The notes under the pieces: model-generated
Seen by the model: the letters and a program-made list of their open reading frames with translations, nothing else
Database searches by the model: none
What the model was told of the DNA's origin: nothing
Shown here: piece after piece, positions 33,596 to 47,459 of the stretch
How positions within the stretch are numbered: position 1 is the stretch's first letter
Layout: every line of letters starts with the position of its first letter
Translations under genes and position numbers: made by a program
Assembly: GCF_030144855.1 (NCBI RefSeq)
Contig: NC_082730.1
Location: 15,376,001 to 15,440,000 of the forward strand
Source: Hypanus sabinus
Taxonomy: Eukaryota
Direction: 5' to 3'
Length of the DNA stretch: 64,000 bases

Positions 33596-35616
33596 GTTCT
33601 TCTGTATCTCACACGTTTGGTTTCCATGTCACTCAGTTCAGTACTCACAACTTCGTAGAGTTACAGCATGGGTAAAGGCCTTTTGGCCCAGTCTGTCCTT
33701 GCTGACCAGTGCCCATCCCAGCTGGTCCCAATTCAGGAAGGGAAGTGGAGTGAACACACATCAGTCCACAGCGAGGGAACAGCAGTGGAAAGGGTGAGCA
33801 GTTTCAAGTTCCTCAGTGTCAACATTTCCAAAACATCTTCAACCCCTCCACCAGCAGCCCTATGAATGGACAGTGAACCCATGAACATCACCTCACTATT
33901 TTTCCTCTCTTTTTGCATTGCCAAACATATATTAATTTACATTTTTATTATTATGTATATCACAGTATCTTTGATGCAAAACAACAAATTTCATGACATG
34001 GGGCAGTGATATTAAACCTGATTCTGATTTCCAGTATACAACCCACATCTCTCTGAGCCCTGCCCCTCCATGTACCCATCCAAGTTCTTCTTGTACCTGC
34101 CTCAATCACTTCCTCTGGAAGACTCCACAACTCAAACCTCTGCTGCCTCGCATCTATTCTGACTCATGGGTAAGACCTGGGGAGTATCCGGAGCTGGTGG
34201 CCCTATGGCGGTCTAACGTTGAGTTGAATGCTGATTGGCAACTCCTGTGAGGTCGCTGCAGTCAAACTGGATTTGTTTCTGCTGTTCCTTTGGAATCATC
34301 AACTGTGTAGAGAGTGGGAGGGGGGCTGTTACATGGGCAACAGCTTGCTCTTCACATTGTAGTGACTGGCTTGATTATCATGTAGACAGCTGGGGTGCAA
34401 CATCCATGGTCAACCCTGACCAACAGAGGGCCTCTTATTTTTTAATTATGCTTTTTTCCCCTCAGTTCAAGCTGGTAAAACTTGAGGTACAACCAGAGCC
34501 AAGCACATTCATTTCCCAATTGCTGGGGGCTTTCGGATTATTCTAGTGGTGTTTCCTAATGTGACTTTCTATATAAATATTGCTGTGTAGACCTAATTGT
34601 GTAATGCTATTGCATAGTAAATTTGGGAGTTACCAGTTGTAGATATTACTACTGGGGCAATGTACCATATATCCTGTTCCTGTTCCATACTTCAATTTCC
34701 TCTTTTAATTCATATATTCTCGTTATTTTTCACTAGTTGATTTCTATACATTGTGTGTGTTTCAGATGGCTATTTCTGGAAAATTGTTCTTGCTGGTTTA
34801 TACTACAAGGTCACTCCTTATATTCCTGCATTCCAACAAATGAAGTTCTAACCTCATCAACCTATCCCTATAACTTGGTGCCCTCTAATCTTAACAACAT
34901 TTTTATAAATAATCTCTGCACTGTTTTTAGTTTAACCATGTCTTTCCTCTAGCAAGGTGACTAAAACTGTCCACATTACTCCAAGTGTGACCTCAACAAT
35001 GAATTGTACAACTGCAATATAAAACCCCAATTCCTACGACTGCAAAATTTTCATCAGGCATGGGTGTCCTCGGGAAAATGTGTGATTTCCCCTTTCTGTG
35101 CCCCTCATGATTTTATACTCCACTGTAAGATCAGTAGTCCTCTATAAGGTCACTGAAGGATATTTCACCTGAAACCACAGCTGGTGACAGGGCTCACAAA
35201 CAGCACCAAACTGCTATCCTACTGAGAGTATCACAATGCATTGATTACTATACCGTCCTACTCAATATACAACTTTGTTAATTGACCTTTGGGATGATCA
35301 TCCAATGATTGTAAATGTGCTCAAGCTGAACAAATATTTATTTTTGTGTGAACACGAGAGCCTCCTCTGCATCCTCTCTAAAACTCCCATGTCCTACATA
35401 TAATGAAATGCTTAGAACTGAACACAATACCCCAGGCCTCGTATATCCAGGGCTTTTATAGAGTCGCTCCAATACCTAACAGTTTTTAAACTCAGTAATG
35501 GTGATGCTGTTGCTGCCTATTGTTACATATGGTGGTTTGTTGGTCAGGAAGAGAAGGATCCAATTGCAAAGGGAGATGCTGTCCCCCATATCCATGCTCT
35601 TGGAGATGATTGTACT

Positions 35617-36237
35617 TGTTAAAGGGTTTCTTCTATATGTTACTGTGTATGTTAATCAAAATGGTTTCTTTGTTATGTTAAAAGTAAGAATGCTTCTTTG
35701 TTATGGTAACTGGTGAGAGAGTGCTTTCTCTCGCAGCTTGTTTGGGTTATAATTACTGATAACGTGAATTGTATTCATTTGTTAACCAATTGGGATAGAT
35801 GTTATTATTTCTTGTGGGTCTGTGAGCTGTTGTTGCACGAGCTTTTGGGGAGTTGCAGAGGAGATCGCGAGGAAGGTGGACGGTGCTGGGTGCGCTCTGG
35901 TCGACCACCGAGGGTGGTCCCAGTCGGCGGGTCGTGGAGGTCGGAGAAGATCCACTTCGATGGCTGAGCTCCAACGATTGTGCACTAATTGACTGAAACT
36001 TGATAAGTCCTTACGCCTTTTCTTTCATTTATTTTATTTCATATATATTGCATCGCTATCAATCACTTAGTTCTAGTAAGATTTATAAAGTAAACGTACA
36101 TGGTGTGCAGTTTGATATTGTGTGTGCTGGTTTGTACAAGTGTGCAATTCACAGCATCCACGTATACGGGAGACGTGGTTTGGCTGGTGGACGAATTTTC
36201 CCCGAGACACACACCAGCCGATCGCGTGAGCCTTACA
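35617..36237 (+). mobile_element. Probable solo LTR (about 620 bp)
   Basis: TG...CA termini (tgttaaag...ccttaca) and CpG-rich interior unlike the flanks; no clean TSD. Confidence 0.45.
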
Positions 36238-36289
36238 CTTGGAATTATTGTATTGAAAACGGAGCTTTATTCAATAAGCAGTCTAACAC

Positions 36290-36750
36290 AGGTGTTTTTA
36301 CCGTCCGATGCTCCAAGGAGTATAGGGGAAGGAAGACTTCCTTCATAGGCTTGTTTTTGCCGTACTTGAACTTCAGTGGGTTGAGATTGTCTAGAAGGCC
36401 AATACAGCCTCTCAAAGCACTTCAGAATAGTGAATGTCAGAGCTAACAAGCGATAGTGGTTAAGGCAAATTACTTTGTTTTACTTTGGTATCAGGATGAT
36501 AGTGTTCATCTTAAAGCAGAAGGGAACCTCAAGACGGAGTCAGGAAGAAGTTAAAAATGTCTGCCAAATCCCCACAGGATCTGAGAACGTGGCCTGGTCC
36601 ACCACCCAGTCCACATGCTTTCCGCAGGTCGAGTCTCCAGGCTGAATTGACATCTGCAGCAGCGACTGTGGGATCAGGAGCACTGGAGGCTGTCAGAGCA
36701 AGTAATGACATTCCAAACCCTTTCTTTTTAAAACATGTTCAGAATGCATG
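36290..36750 (-). mobile_element. Rex/Babar-type LINE fragment
   Basis: ALTFTILKCFERL and KACGLGGGPGHVLRSCGDLADIFN. Confidence 0.75.
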
Positions 36751-36789
36751 AGGTGCATTGGGAAGGGATGCGGTGTGATCAGACATACT

Positions 36790-39700
36790 GCTTCACTTTG
36801 TAGCCGATTATACAGGTAGCATTTAATCACGATCCAATTAGAATGCGCATCGAGGACTATCAATAGCATGTGACCGTCCAATGAACCTGCGCAGTCTATG
36901 TGTAAATATCTCCAGGTTCGATGGGCCAATACCATGGAACCACTGGTACAAGAGCATTTAAAGGTGGGGACGACTGGCATGGGTCGCATGCACGAAAAAT
37001 GTGCTGAATATTGTCATCGATTTTTTTGGCCACCAAACGTAATTCCGGGCTAGCGCCTTGATAAGTGATATTCCTTGATGCGCGGAATGTAACTCTCCCG
37101 AGACAGGATACCGCAATCATGTCGGAATGACATAACGACTTCCTCCAACAGAAGACAACCTTGTGGATGCACAGCTCGTTTTGACGTTTGGTATTGGGTG
37201 GCACCGTTCAGGGCACATTCGTTTGCCATTTATCTTCTACGTTTCCTTTTACTTGTACCGCTGTTACATCTCACACGGTTTCTTCTTTTACCTGAGAAGC
37301 GCCGATCGGAGATGCGTTAACCCAGCCCATCAGTAGCACCAATAAACCTGGAAGTTTATTCGTGAGAATATCCACGTAAAGGAAGACGGCTTAAGACGGG
37401 AGTTCAATTGTTTCTACCTTGAACACAGGATATCGTGCATTGATGATCGGACTGGTACAGGGCCCGCTGTTGCATCCTTGGTGACGCCATACCTTGTGGC
37501 ATTGCTCTCACCAAGCAGTCCCACCAATGGCTTGTGGTCCGTATGAATTTCGAAACGTTGGCCGTACAAGTAATGGTGAAAACGTATGACCCAAAAAAAA
37601 ACAACTGCCAGTGCTTCCCCTGTCCAAATGTGCATAGATTCGGTCGATCGGGTTAAAGGTGCGCGAAGCGAAAGCGACAGGCTTTCATCTCTGTCTGTAT
37701 CCTTCTGGGGTAGCACTGCACCAACACCGTCCGGTCAGGCAAACGATTGGCGCCCCGGCTCTGAAGTGCATTAGTGCTTGCGACTGAGTTAGAATTTGTT
37801 TCACTCTCTCTGAAAGAAAATTCCTCTGCGCGTTCCCAAAGCCACCTCGTACCTTCTTTTTCAATAGAGCGTTAAGCGGCCGCCAGACGCGTGGCTGTGT
37901 GAAGCAAAAATCTGACATGATTGAATGCGCTCAGAAAGGAGCGGAGTTCATGGATGTTCTTTGGTGCTGGGGCTTTAAGAATGGGGCGAAGTTTTCTTTG
38001 GTAGGATGTGTATCTTTGGAATCCAAGCGGAAATCCAGGTATTCTATATGATCTGCCGGAATGGTGCATTTCTCGCGCTTCACTCGTGGACCAAGCTGCA
38101 TCACTCCGGAGAAGGTTTTATCAAAATTATTCAGGGGCGCTTCAAGGGTCGACCCGGTAATCAGAATTACTGGCAAAACAGGGGTTGCCATTGTGAAAAT
38201 CTCAAAGGATAAATGATTCCGTTTTCGTGCAATTGCGTCAACTCCGCCTCGGCTTTGGAACAAAGGATGTATGGTAGGGAACGCTCCTTGAAGAACATTG
38301 GTTTGGCTGTACCTTAACCTGGAAGACGCACTTTGGTACCCTTGAGTTTACCTTTATCAGGATTGCTGAAAACTTTATACCGCTTGAATAAGATCTTGAC
38401 CGACATGCCGGTTTTCATCTGATACACACATAGGACGGGCACTTGCTGTCGCCAATCACGCCTAAGTAAGTTCACTCCTTCTCCCTTAATGATATGCACT
38501 GGGGGAACTGGCCCAAGAACATCCGCGTACATTACGAACGGCTTCGGCTTGGTAACCGCGTTCTGTGCTGCTGTGGAACGTGCTGATCTGGATGGAAGCC
38601 GAGATCGGCAAAACCTTTCCAAATCTCCCTTTTGGCCAGTACAGCTGACGGAATCTCCGTGTCGACAGGCGGTGGGCTTCAGGTGATATTCACCACAACG
38701 GTAACATCGGAAACATGGAGTAGCATTTCTTTTTGTTTCTTCGCTGGGACACTTGGTTAATGTCAGTATAATCTGTAGCAGTTGTATTCATGTACTTTGC
38801 ACTGTTGCAACAAAACTGCATTATCTGACACTTCCATTGCTATTTCCAATGACAAAGGCTTACTGAAATGTGAGCTGGTTTCTGTCAATTGGTGACGTTG
38901 AATTTGAACATCACGCACGCCGTCGACCAAGGGATCTCCTATCTTCTTGAACAGCTCCAAAAATCACAAAATTCTGTCAGTTTTCTTAATTCAGGAGCAA
39001 ACTTTGCTACTGATTCATTTTCTAATTGAATACGAGTGTTGAATCTAAAGTGATGCATGATAACTAATGGTTTAGGATTGTAATGAAACCCAATGAATCT
39101 CACTATTTCCTCTCCAGATTTCGAGGAAGGCAAAAGTTGATCTACCAAATTTTGGACAATACCGTATGTTTTCTGACCGCATACACTAAGAGAATGCTGG
39201 TTTTATTTCTTGGGTTCTGTGATATAATTCAGTGGTCCCCAAACACCGGGCCACGGACCGATACCGGGCCGCAAAGCATGTGCTACAGGGCTGCGAGGAA
39301 GGCAATCTGATTTGGTGATATGAAAGGATATGAGTCAGCTGCACCTTCCCTCATTCCCTGTCACACACTATTGAACTTGAAATAACCTACCAAATCATAC
39401 CAAATAGCACATAAAATCTAAAATAACACTAACATATAGTAAAAGCAGGAATGAAATGATAAATACACAGCTTATATAAGGTAGAAATAATGTATGTACA
39501 GTGTAGTTTCACTGAACAGAATCGGGAAGATTAAGCCAAAACTGATTGGTAGAGAAAAGAAATCGGCACATACACGCATACGCAGGTCATGTACGCACAT
39601 GTCATGCATGCGCACACAGTTGACCCTGCAAGGCTTCATGGTCATGGTAGTCTTTCTCGGGGTAAATCCAAGTGTCCCGTATTTGACTGCAACTTTTGTC

Positions 39701-39990
39701 CCTTATTTGGCAACCCTACTTGAACACCCCCTCCCCGTCGGTCGGTCTGCAAGAATATTGTTAATATTATACTGGTCCGCGGTGCAAAAAAAGTTGGAGA
39801 CCCCTGATGTAATTTGCCGCGAAAAAGTGTCCAACCGTTCGACGTAAACATTCCAGAGGTATTGAGAATCACTTGTATTCCTCAACTTTTCCAATTATGC
39901 TCCTTGCTGAAATGTGAACATCCATTCCAAAAGAGTGAGTGTCACAGATTTAGTCCTTGTCGCCACTGGTACAATTATAGAACGGTCATC
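36790..39990 (-). mobile_element. Degenerate Gypsy LTR retrotransposon (gag-pro-RT-RH-IN), 3'-truncated
   Basis: PBS TGGCGACAAGGA at 39954-39965; gag WNVYVERL / HYNPKPLVIMHHFRFNTR; protease GEGVNLLRRDW; RT-RH APAPKNIHELRSFL, FEIHTDHKPL; IN YLHIDCAGSLDGHMLLIVLDAHSNW. Confidence 0.9.
39230..39806. mobile_element. hAT (Charlie-like) MITE nested in Gypsy gag
   Basis: TIR-like ends CAGTGGTCCCCAAAC / GTTGGAGACCCCTG; 8-bp TSD atataatt / atgtaatt (1 mismatch). Confidence 0.85.
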
Positions 39991-40149
39991 GTGTCCAGTG
40001 CAGCCGAATTGGTCGGTTTGCCTTGGTGTCAACCGGAAACAACGTATGGAATTAGTGGGTCAGACATTAATTGATAAATTGACAAGCCCGCGAAATCGAC
40101 CAATCCCAAGATGTCACATGACAGTCCGATAAACAATCACCCAGTGGAT

Positions 40150-43100
40150 AGAGCATAGACCACGAGTAACCCGTACGGCTATCTCAGGAAGAACGAGATT
40201 GGGGGAACAGACTGGTTTCTGCCTTTATTCTGGTGATCCAGGACATTTCCGGGCGGCATGTCCTAATCATCCAGTAAGAGAGGAAACCCCGTCAGCAGGG
40301 AGGGTAGTCCTGACGGGTCGGTTCTCTCGGAAATCAGCCTCCCCTAATTGTGGTGTACTCTCAGCTTCTTTGTCGTGCGGGGTCTCGGACCCATGAACTG
40401 AAGTCTGATGCACCATCCATAACTCTCGGAGACGGGAGGCGAACAATAGGCTTTTATTAGCTGCAAGAAACCACCACACAATATCCTGGAGACTGAGGGG
40501 GGAGCAGTGCCTCCAACCGCCTTTATACAGGGGTCTGTGGGAGGAGCCACAGGAGCAGTCAGCAGAGGGGCGTGTCCAGACAGGTATATGTAGTTCACCA
40601 CAAAGTCATTGTTCGACTTCTGTGCAGCCCGGAATCTCATGGACATCTCTCTGGCTCAAAGATGGGGAGTTCAGACTCAGGAATTAAGAGAAAAGATCAA
40701 AGTCAAGGCCTTGGACGATCAATCTGTGTACCGGCCAGATCCACCTTTCCAGTGAACATCTCCAACTTGTGGTCGAAAGCAATCACAGTGAAGAACTCTT
40801 CTTCTATCTGATTGACTCGCCTGAACTGTCTCCGGAGCTTAGTCTCCCCTGGTTATCCCGACATAACACCTGGTCTCTTAAAGCAATCCAACAGTGGGAC
40901 GGGCATGCCCGCGTTGCCTGTCTGGGTCCAGCTCGAGCTCCATTCCATGAATTCCCTCCTGCGTCAGCCTAGGATGTGGACCTGTCTGGGATTCTGCCTG
41001 AGGTTTTCAGTGAAAGGAAGTCCACCTCCCTGCTTCCACACCAGCCATACGACTGCGCCATAGACCTCCAACCCGGCGCTAGTCTTGCCGGGGGCCGGCT
41101 CCTTTCCCTCTCTCGTCATGTGCCGGTGGCCATGAAAGAATACAAGAAGGACGCGATAGCCATGGGGTTTATCAGTCCGTCAACCTCGCGGCAGGAAAGA
41201 GGTTTTTATATTCCGAGCAGGAAAGATCGAAAGCTCCGCCCCCGCATCGATTAGCGGCACCGGGATAATTCTTTGCGAAGAACCGCTACTCTCTTCTCGT
41301 ACTCCCCTCTGCGGTGAACACCTCCAGGGAGCAGCCAAATTTTCCAAAATTGACTTGCGCAATGCTTATCATCTGGTTCTGTGAGAGAAGGGAGTAAGTG
41401 GAAGACAGCTTTCAGCACCTCTAACGGCCACCATGGTATGGCCAATGCCCCAGCTGTTTTCCAGGCCATCGTTAACGATGTGGTCAAGGACACGCTGAAT
41501 CAGTTTGTATTTTTGTGTACTTAGACGACATCCTTCTCTCTTCCCGCCCTCATCAGAAACACGTCCAGCATGTCTAGAGGGTTCACTGGCGGATCCTGGT
41601 AAAAACCTATACGCCACGCCCGAGAAGTGCGAGTTCCACTCAGACCAGGTGTCGATTTGGGGCGATATCCGTACCCCGTCCAGCTGTCAAGTGGACTCCA
41701 ATAAAGTTCAGGCAGCGACGGAGTGGCCTGAACCATCTACAGTCAAACAGGTGCGATGCTTAATGAGGTTTGTGAACTTTTATCGACGCCTCATCCGAAA
41801 TTTCGCCCCAATCGCAACTCCCATAAATACTCACCAGAAAGACTTTTGCAGGAATCCTGGACGAACGCCACCGACCGAGCATTCCCGGATTGAAAGCGAC
41901 ATTTCACCACTACCCCGGTGCTGCAACACCCGTACCCTTCAAGGCCTTTCATAGTCGAGGTCGATGCATCCGGCATTGGTGATATCCTCTCTCCGTGCTC
42001 TTCTGCTGATAGCCGGCTGCCGGCTTTATTTCTCGTCGCTTGACACCGGCCGAGATATTATAATGCTGAGAACAGAAAACTTCTGGCTGTCAAGGAGTCC
42101 CCGGATGAATGGCGACATTGGCTGGAGGAGGCTGAGAAACCTTTCTTTGTTTGGACAGATCATTAAAACCTTCCCTACATTCATAATGCAAAAAGACTCA
42201 AGCCTGTTCTTCTTCACCAGGATTAATTTTATCCTCACCTATCATCCTGGCAGCAAGAATATCAAGGCCAACGCTCACTCTTCATAGTTGAAGACAATGC
42301 CGATCCAGAACCCAGTATCCTCGCTCCTGATTGCTGTTCCGGTGATCTGGAAAATACAGGCTGAGGTGAGGGCTGCCCAACAGTCGGATCAGGCCCGGGG
42401 AGTGTTCCTCCCAACCGGCTGTATGCCCCAGCTGCGGTGTGTTTCAAAGTGATTGGAATGGGGGTCACTTCTCCCTTCATCTGGGATTTCAACGGACCCA
42501 GGAGTTTATAAAGAAACAATTTTGGTGGCCATCTGTCCCAGGATAGCTAGACTTCGTATCTGACTGTCCCACCAGCGCTTAGAACAAGACGTCACGCCAG
42601 CTTCCTGCGGGTCTGCGATGTCAGCTGCTTTTGCCCATCCCCGCCCCTGGTCTACCTCTCGGTGGATTTCAGCTGCCCCCTCCTAATGGAAACACCACCA
42701 TTCCGGTCGTTGTGGATCGACTTTCCAAGGCAGCCCACTTCATTGCTCTCCTTAAGCTGCCGTTGGTTGGTAACGCTGCCAACCTCATGATTCAACATGT
42801 ATTCAGGCCCCACAGCTTCCCTCGAGACAGTGTCTGATCGTGGACCACGGTTCACCTCCCTCTTCTGGGAGGGTTTCTGTCCTCCATTAGGAACCACTGT
42901 CAGCCTCTCGTCTGGTTTCCACCCCCAATCGAATAGCCGGACTGAGAGCGTGAATCAGGAGTCGGAGACGAGCCTGCACTGCCCTGCGTCTTCCAACCCC
43001 AAGTCCCGGAGCTCCCAAATTGTTTGGGCAGAGATCGCCCACAATAATCTCCAGTCTCCCTCCTCAGCTTTGTCCCCACTCTTCCCTGACCAGGGGATTG

Positions 43101-43845
43101 TTGTAGGAGTTCCTGATGCTGAACATCTGACTCAACGCAACAGCGCACTTTGACACCAGCCGAAGCTTCTCACCTGCACGCCCGGAAACAACATGCCCGA
43201 CAGGCTGATCGGCTCCGCCGACATATGCGCACTTTCATGCCAGGAGAGGAGATCTGCTGGGCAACAGGGAATCTTCCCACGAAAGTTGAGAGCCACAAAT
43301 TGATCCCGCGACACACAGGGCCATTTGTCGTGGAAAAGGCTGCAACAAGGTCTGGGACAGATTTTGTCTACCAGCATTATGAAAGCTCAGCCCAATGTCC
43401 CAAGTTTTTTAGCTCTTACCGGTTACCAGTACCCTCCTCCTTCCTGCTTGGTAGATCGTTCATTGGTCAATACTGTACGGCGCCTCCTGTCGTCTCACCG
43501 AATACGGGGTGAGGTTCAGTACCTCGAGGATTGTGAAGGGTACGGGCTTGGAGAACGTTCTTAGCTCCCGGTGCAGGACTTCTTGGACAAGTCTCCCATT
43601 CGAGTCCTCCAGCGGGCGGAGGTTTGTAGCGACTCAGCAGCTGCGCCGAGGGATGGATCCCAGTCACAACCACGGACTCTGCTGCAGGGAAAAAACTGCC
43701 TGCTTGCAATCAACTGAGCTACAAACTCGCGGTATTCATTGTGAATTCAGATATTCCTTTCAGCCGCGGTGTTTACGGTTTGAGAGTTTTGGGTAACTGA
43801 CCTGCTTGAATTCGCGTTTAATGGAAGGAGTCTACGCCCCCTACA
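40150..43845 (+). mobile_element. Chromoviral Gypsy retrotransposon (Tf2/sushi-like), degenerate, with 3' LTR 43625-43845 and no 5' LTR
   Basis: gag knuckle CLYSGDPGHFRAACP; [33 protein letters not shown]; [13 protein letters not shown]; IN SDRGPRFTSLFW...SSGFHPQSN; chromodomain VRRLL...VQYLEDCEGYG; LTR TGTAG...CTACA. Confidence 0.9.
40406..40602 (-). mobile_element. Solo LTR, 197 bp, nested in the chromovirus protease region
   Basis: Reverse strand TGTGGTGAAC...GGTGCATCA with TATAAA and AATAAA; perfect 5-bp TSD AAGTC (40401-40405 / 40603-40607). Confidence 0.9.
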
Positions 43846-43869
43846 CATCTTCGATGGCTACGTGATATT

Positions 43870-44310
43870 ATGTCTTATTTAAATTTAGAAAAGATCCGCT
43901 GCTCAGTCTTAAATTCGAAACAATCTTTTTATGATATCTGGGGACCTTTCCTAAATTACTTTTCCAATTTATAAAGTTAACAGTGCACAGACTTTTATGC
44001 ATATTTTTATCTTCTCTTCTTAAGCGAAAATGTTTTTTTTAATTATCCATTATCATCCATCAGCTTTTTTCTATGGTAGTTGGTAGGGGGTTGACTTTTT
44101 TATATAAAAAAATTCTTTTATGATGTATGACCTATCTTTAGATTTTTGATTACAGGGTGGTATACCTTTATGTGATACGCTATAACATTTTGATCAATTT
44201 TATTACAATATCTGAATGTAAACAATTTATGTTGAGATGTATCTATGTGTTGCACGCTGTAAATCTTGTTTTTTTTTCTTCTGAATAAAAATATTGTAGA
44301 AAGAAAAGAC
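43870..44310 (+). mobile_element. L1 LINE 3' end
   Basis: LNLEKIRCSVLNSKQSFYDIWGPFLNYFSNL*, UTR, AATAAA and A-rich tail. Confidence 0.75.
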
Positions 44311-46526
44311 TTTGCGTTTACTGTTTTCATTTCCATTAAAATCCTGTTCGCGTTACAGCCTGTAAATATCGACCCATTTCAACACCACAGCCATTGTCAA
44401 TAATCTTAAAAGTTGTCTGACCGGCGTCAGTATTTGCTCCCATGGCTTCACGTGACCTTGATGGCGGGGGCTGGGGGGTGAAGCAAGTGCTACACCTTAC
44501 CCAATGGTGACCTGCACAGGTTAGTGGAGGGTAAGAGTGTCTTACTCCTCCATTTCGTAGCGAGGTGTCTCCACCCCACCACCAGTGTACAAACGGATAA
44601 GTAAATGCAAGGATATTGAGGGATGTGGAGGGTGAAAGGGTCCTTGGTGAGTGTGATTGAGCGTGAGGAAGACGAAGATAAGGTGAGTAGAAAGGCAGAC
44701 AAAATGGCTTCCCTTATTTGCAGAGACCGAAGAAATAGAGGCAGTGTGGTTATGCCCATGGCTTGAACGCTGGTCATTTGTATTCATCACATTACCAGAT
44801 GACAAGAATGTACTGGGGAGACTGCAGAATAGATTGGGGAGGATGGGCCAGGGACGGAATGCTTCAATCGTACCATTAATTGGATTGGCTTTATCTAGAA
44901 CTGAGGAGGCAGAGAAGAGACTTAATTGAGTTGTGAAAAAATTATAAAGGGCATCAAAATGATAAATAGGAAGATGTTTAATCACTTAGATGAGTGTTAA
45001 ATTAGGGGTCCTGGGTTAAATGTAACTGTCATTAGGATTAGAGGGGAGATGTCTGTCACCTCCCCCTTGATCTTACACTTATGGGAGACCTGACCTTGAG
45101 CTAACCTCTGGACAGCATGTCTCTCACTATCTAAAGAGCTCACAAGTCTCTCCACCATGATAAGGTGACAATCCACAAAGAAGTGAGGAAGTGGTAGTGT
45201 TCCAGAACACATTTCCTAAAGGGCTGGTAGGTGCAGGAACTTTCAGCACAATGAACAGAGCCTGGAAGGTGGATCTGAAGAGCCGTCACCTGCCGGGCAA
45301 AGGACCCAGTCTTAGAGGAAAGACCAGAACAGAGAGAACTTTTTCAACCAGTACGCAATGCAGGGGCAAATAGTGCCTTCCATTAACTGTTTGGTCTAGA
45401 TTTCATTGTAGTTTGAAAGTTGGGGTTTTCTGAGAAAATATCTGATTTATATTCACCCAGAATTTGAGGGTGTGTGAAAGTACTATACATGCAGAAAATG
45501 TAAAACCCCAAAATACCACTAGGTTCCTGTTTCCTCACACATGCTGATTTCATAGCTTAGCAAAAAAAGACCCTGACATTTATCACCAGAATTACCCATC
45601 AATAAAAAATGGAATATCCAGTTCCACTTCTGTTCTCCTGCTGCAGGATCATAGAATGTGCAAACCTTGACCAGGACGATGTTGTAGGGGTCCATGCTGC
45701 TGAACAGCTGATCCAACGCTGCAAGTGCACTTTGAGACCAGCCACAGTTCCTCTGCTGGCACCCAGAAACAACATGCCTGACAGTCTGATATGCAGACTT
45801 TCAGGCCAGGAGAGGAGATCTGCTGGGCATCAATGGATTTTCCCATGTAAGTCGAGAGCCACAAATGGATCCTGTGATAGGCTGCAAAAAGTCTCATACA
45901 GATTTTGTCTACCAGTGTTATAAAAGCATTGTACGATTTTCTCTGAACTCCAGAAGCTGTTTTGAGTGCCAATCGCAGGATATCAGCAGCTTCAGAGAGA
46001 CTCAGACAACCCCATCTGGCATCTGCAAACATTCTGCGGTCAAAGTCACTTTGATCGCATTTCTTCCCCATTCTGAGGTTTGTTCTGAACAGCAATTTCC
46101 TCAAATAACTTTTCACCATGAGTCTTTTGCACAATAACTCATCATGGATGACATCTTAACTCAAGTAAGAAAAAAATTTCAAGAGGAACTTAGAAACAAC
46201 GAATATCTGCAAGTGCAGAATGGTCAACATTTCAGATTACGGCTGTGCTTCATGACACCTCTAGCAATTTATTTTTGCTCCAAGTCGTAATACCTGCTGT
46301 TGCTGGTCTCTAACAATTTGATTTTTCTCATCATTTCTATCTGTCATCGGGAATTGTCTTTTGTTAAATTTAATCAAGAGCTTCTGATATTCTGGCCTTT
46401 TACCTCTTCTCACCTGCCAATCACATTTCCCTGGGTCCCCTCCTCTTCCCTTTCTCTTTTGGTCCACAATCCACTGCTAACATCTTCCTTCCTCACCAGC
46501 CCTCTACCTTACCTTTCCAGATGGTT

Positions 46527-47276
46527 TGAATGAGCAAGTGCAACAGGCAGTGAAGAGGGCAAATGAATGAGCAAGTGCAACAGGCAGTGAAGAGGGCAAA
46601 TGAATGAGCAAGTGCAACAGGCAGTGAAGAGGGCAAATGGAATGTTGGCCTTTGTTACAAGGGGAATTGAGTACAAGAACAAGGATGTCCTTCTGCATTT
46701 GTACAGGGCCCTGGTGAGACCACACCTGGAATATTGTGTACAGTTTTGGTCTCCAGGTTTAAGGAAGGACATTCTGGCAATTGAGGAAGTGCAGCGTAGA
46801 TTCACTAGGTTGATTCCTGGGATGGCAGGGCTGTTTTATGCAGAGAGATTGGAGAGATTGGGCTTGTACACGCTGGAATTGAGGAGATTGAGAGGGGATC
46901 TGATTGAAACATTTAAGATAATTAAAGGATTTGATAGGATTGAGGCAGGAAATATGTTCCAGATGTTGGGAGAGTCCAGTACCAGAGGGCATGGATTGAG
47001 AATAAGAGGTCAGTTATTTAAAACAGAGTTGAGGAAGAGCTTCTTCTCCCAGAGAGTTGTGGAGGTGTGGAATGCACTGCCTCAGAAGACGGTGGAGGCC
47101 AATTCTCTGGATGCTTTCAAGAAGGAGCTGGATAGATATCTGATGGATAGGGGAATCAAGGGATAGGGGGACAAGGCAGGGACTGGGTATTGATAGTGAA
47201 TGATCAGCCATGATCTCAGAATGGCGGTGCAGGCTCGAGGGGCCGAATGGTCTACTTCTGCACCTATTGTCTATTG
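46527..47276 (+). mobile_element. Young 5'-truncated CR1 insertion with three 37-bp copies at its 5' end
   Basis: Uninterrupted ORF 46600-47166 (LVRPHLEYCVQFWSP...RRLRGDLIETFKI...FFSQRVV) and intact 3' UTR; sits inside a Penelope-tail repeat. Confidence 0.95.
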
Positions 47277-47459
47277 GCTTCACCTATCACCTTCCAACTA
47301 CCCTCCATCCCCTCAAATGTCCTTTTTATTCTATGTCTTCCCCCTTCATTTTCAGTCCTGCTAAAGGATCATATCCCAAAATGTCGACTGTATATTAATT
47401 TCCATAGATGCTGCCTGACCTGCTGAGTTCCTCAAGAATTATGTGTGTTGCTTTTCATA

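Noticed and set aside
35215-35260. agagtatcacaatgcattgattactat as a V-exon remnant
   Set aside because: Similarity limited to about 25 nt with an in-frame stop at the Cys position and no flanking support.
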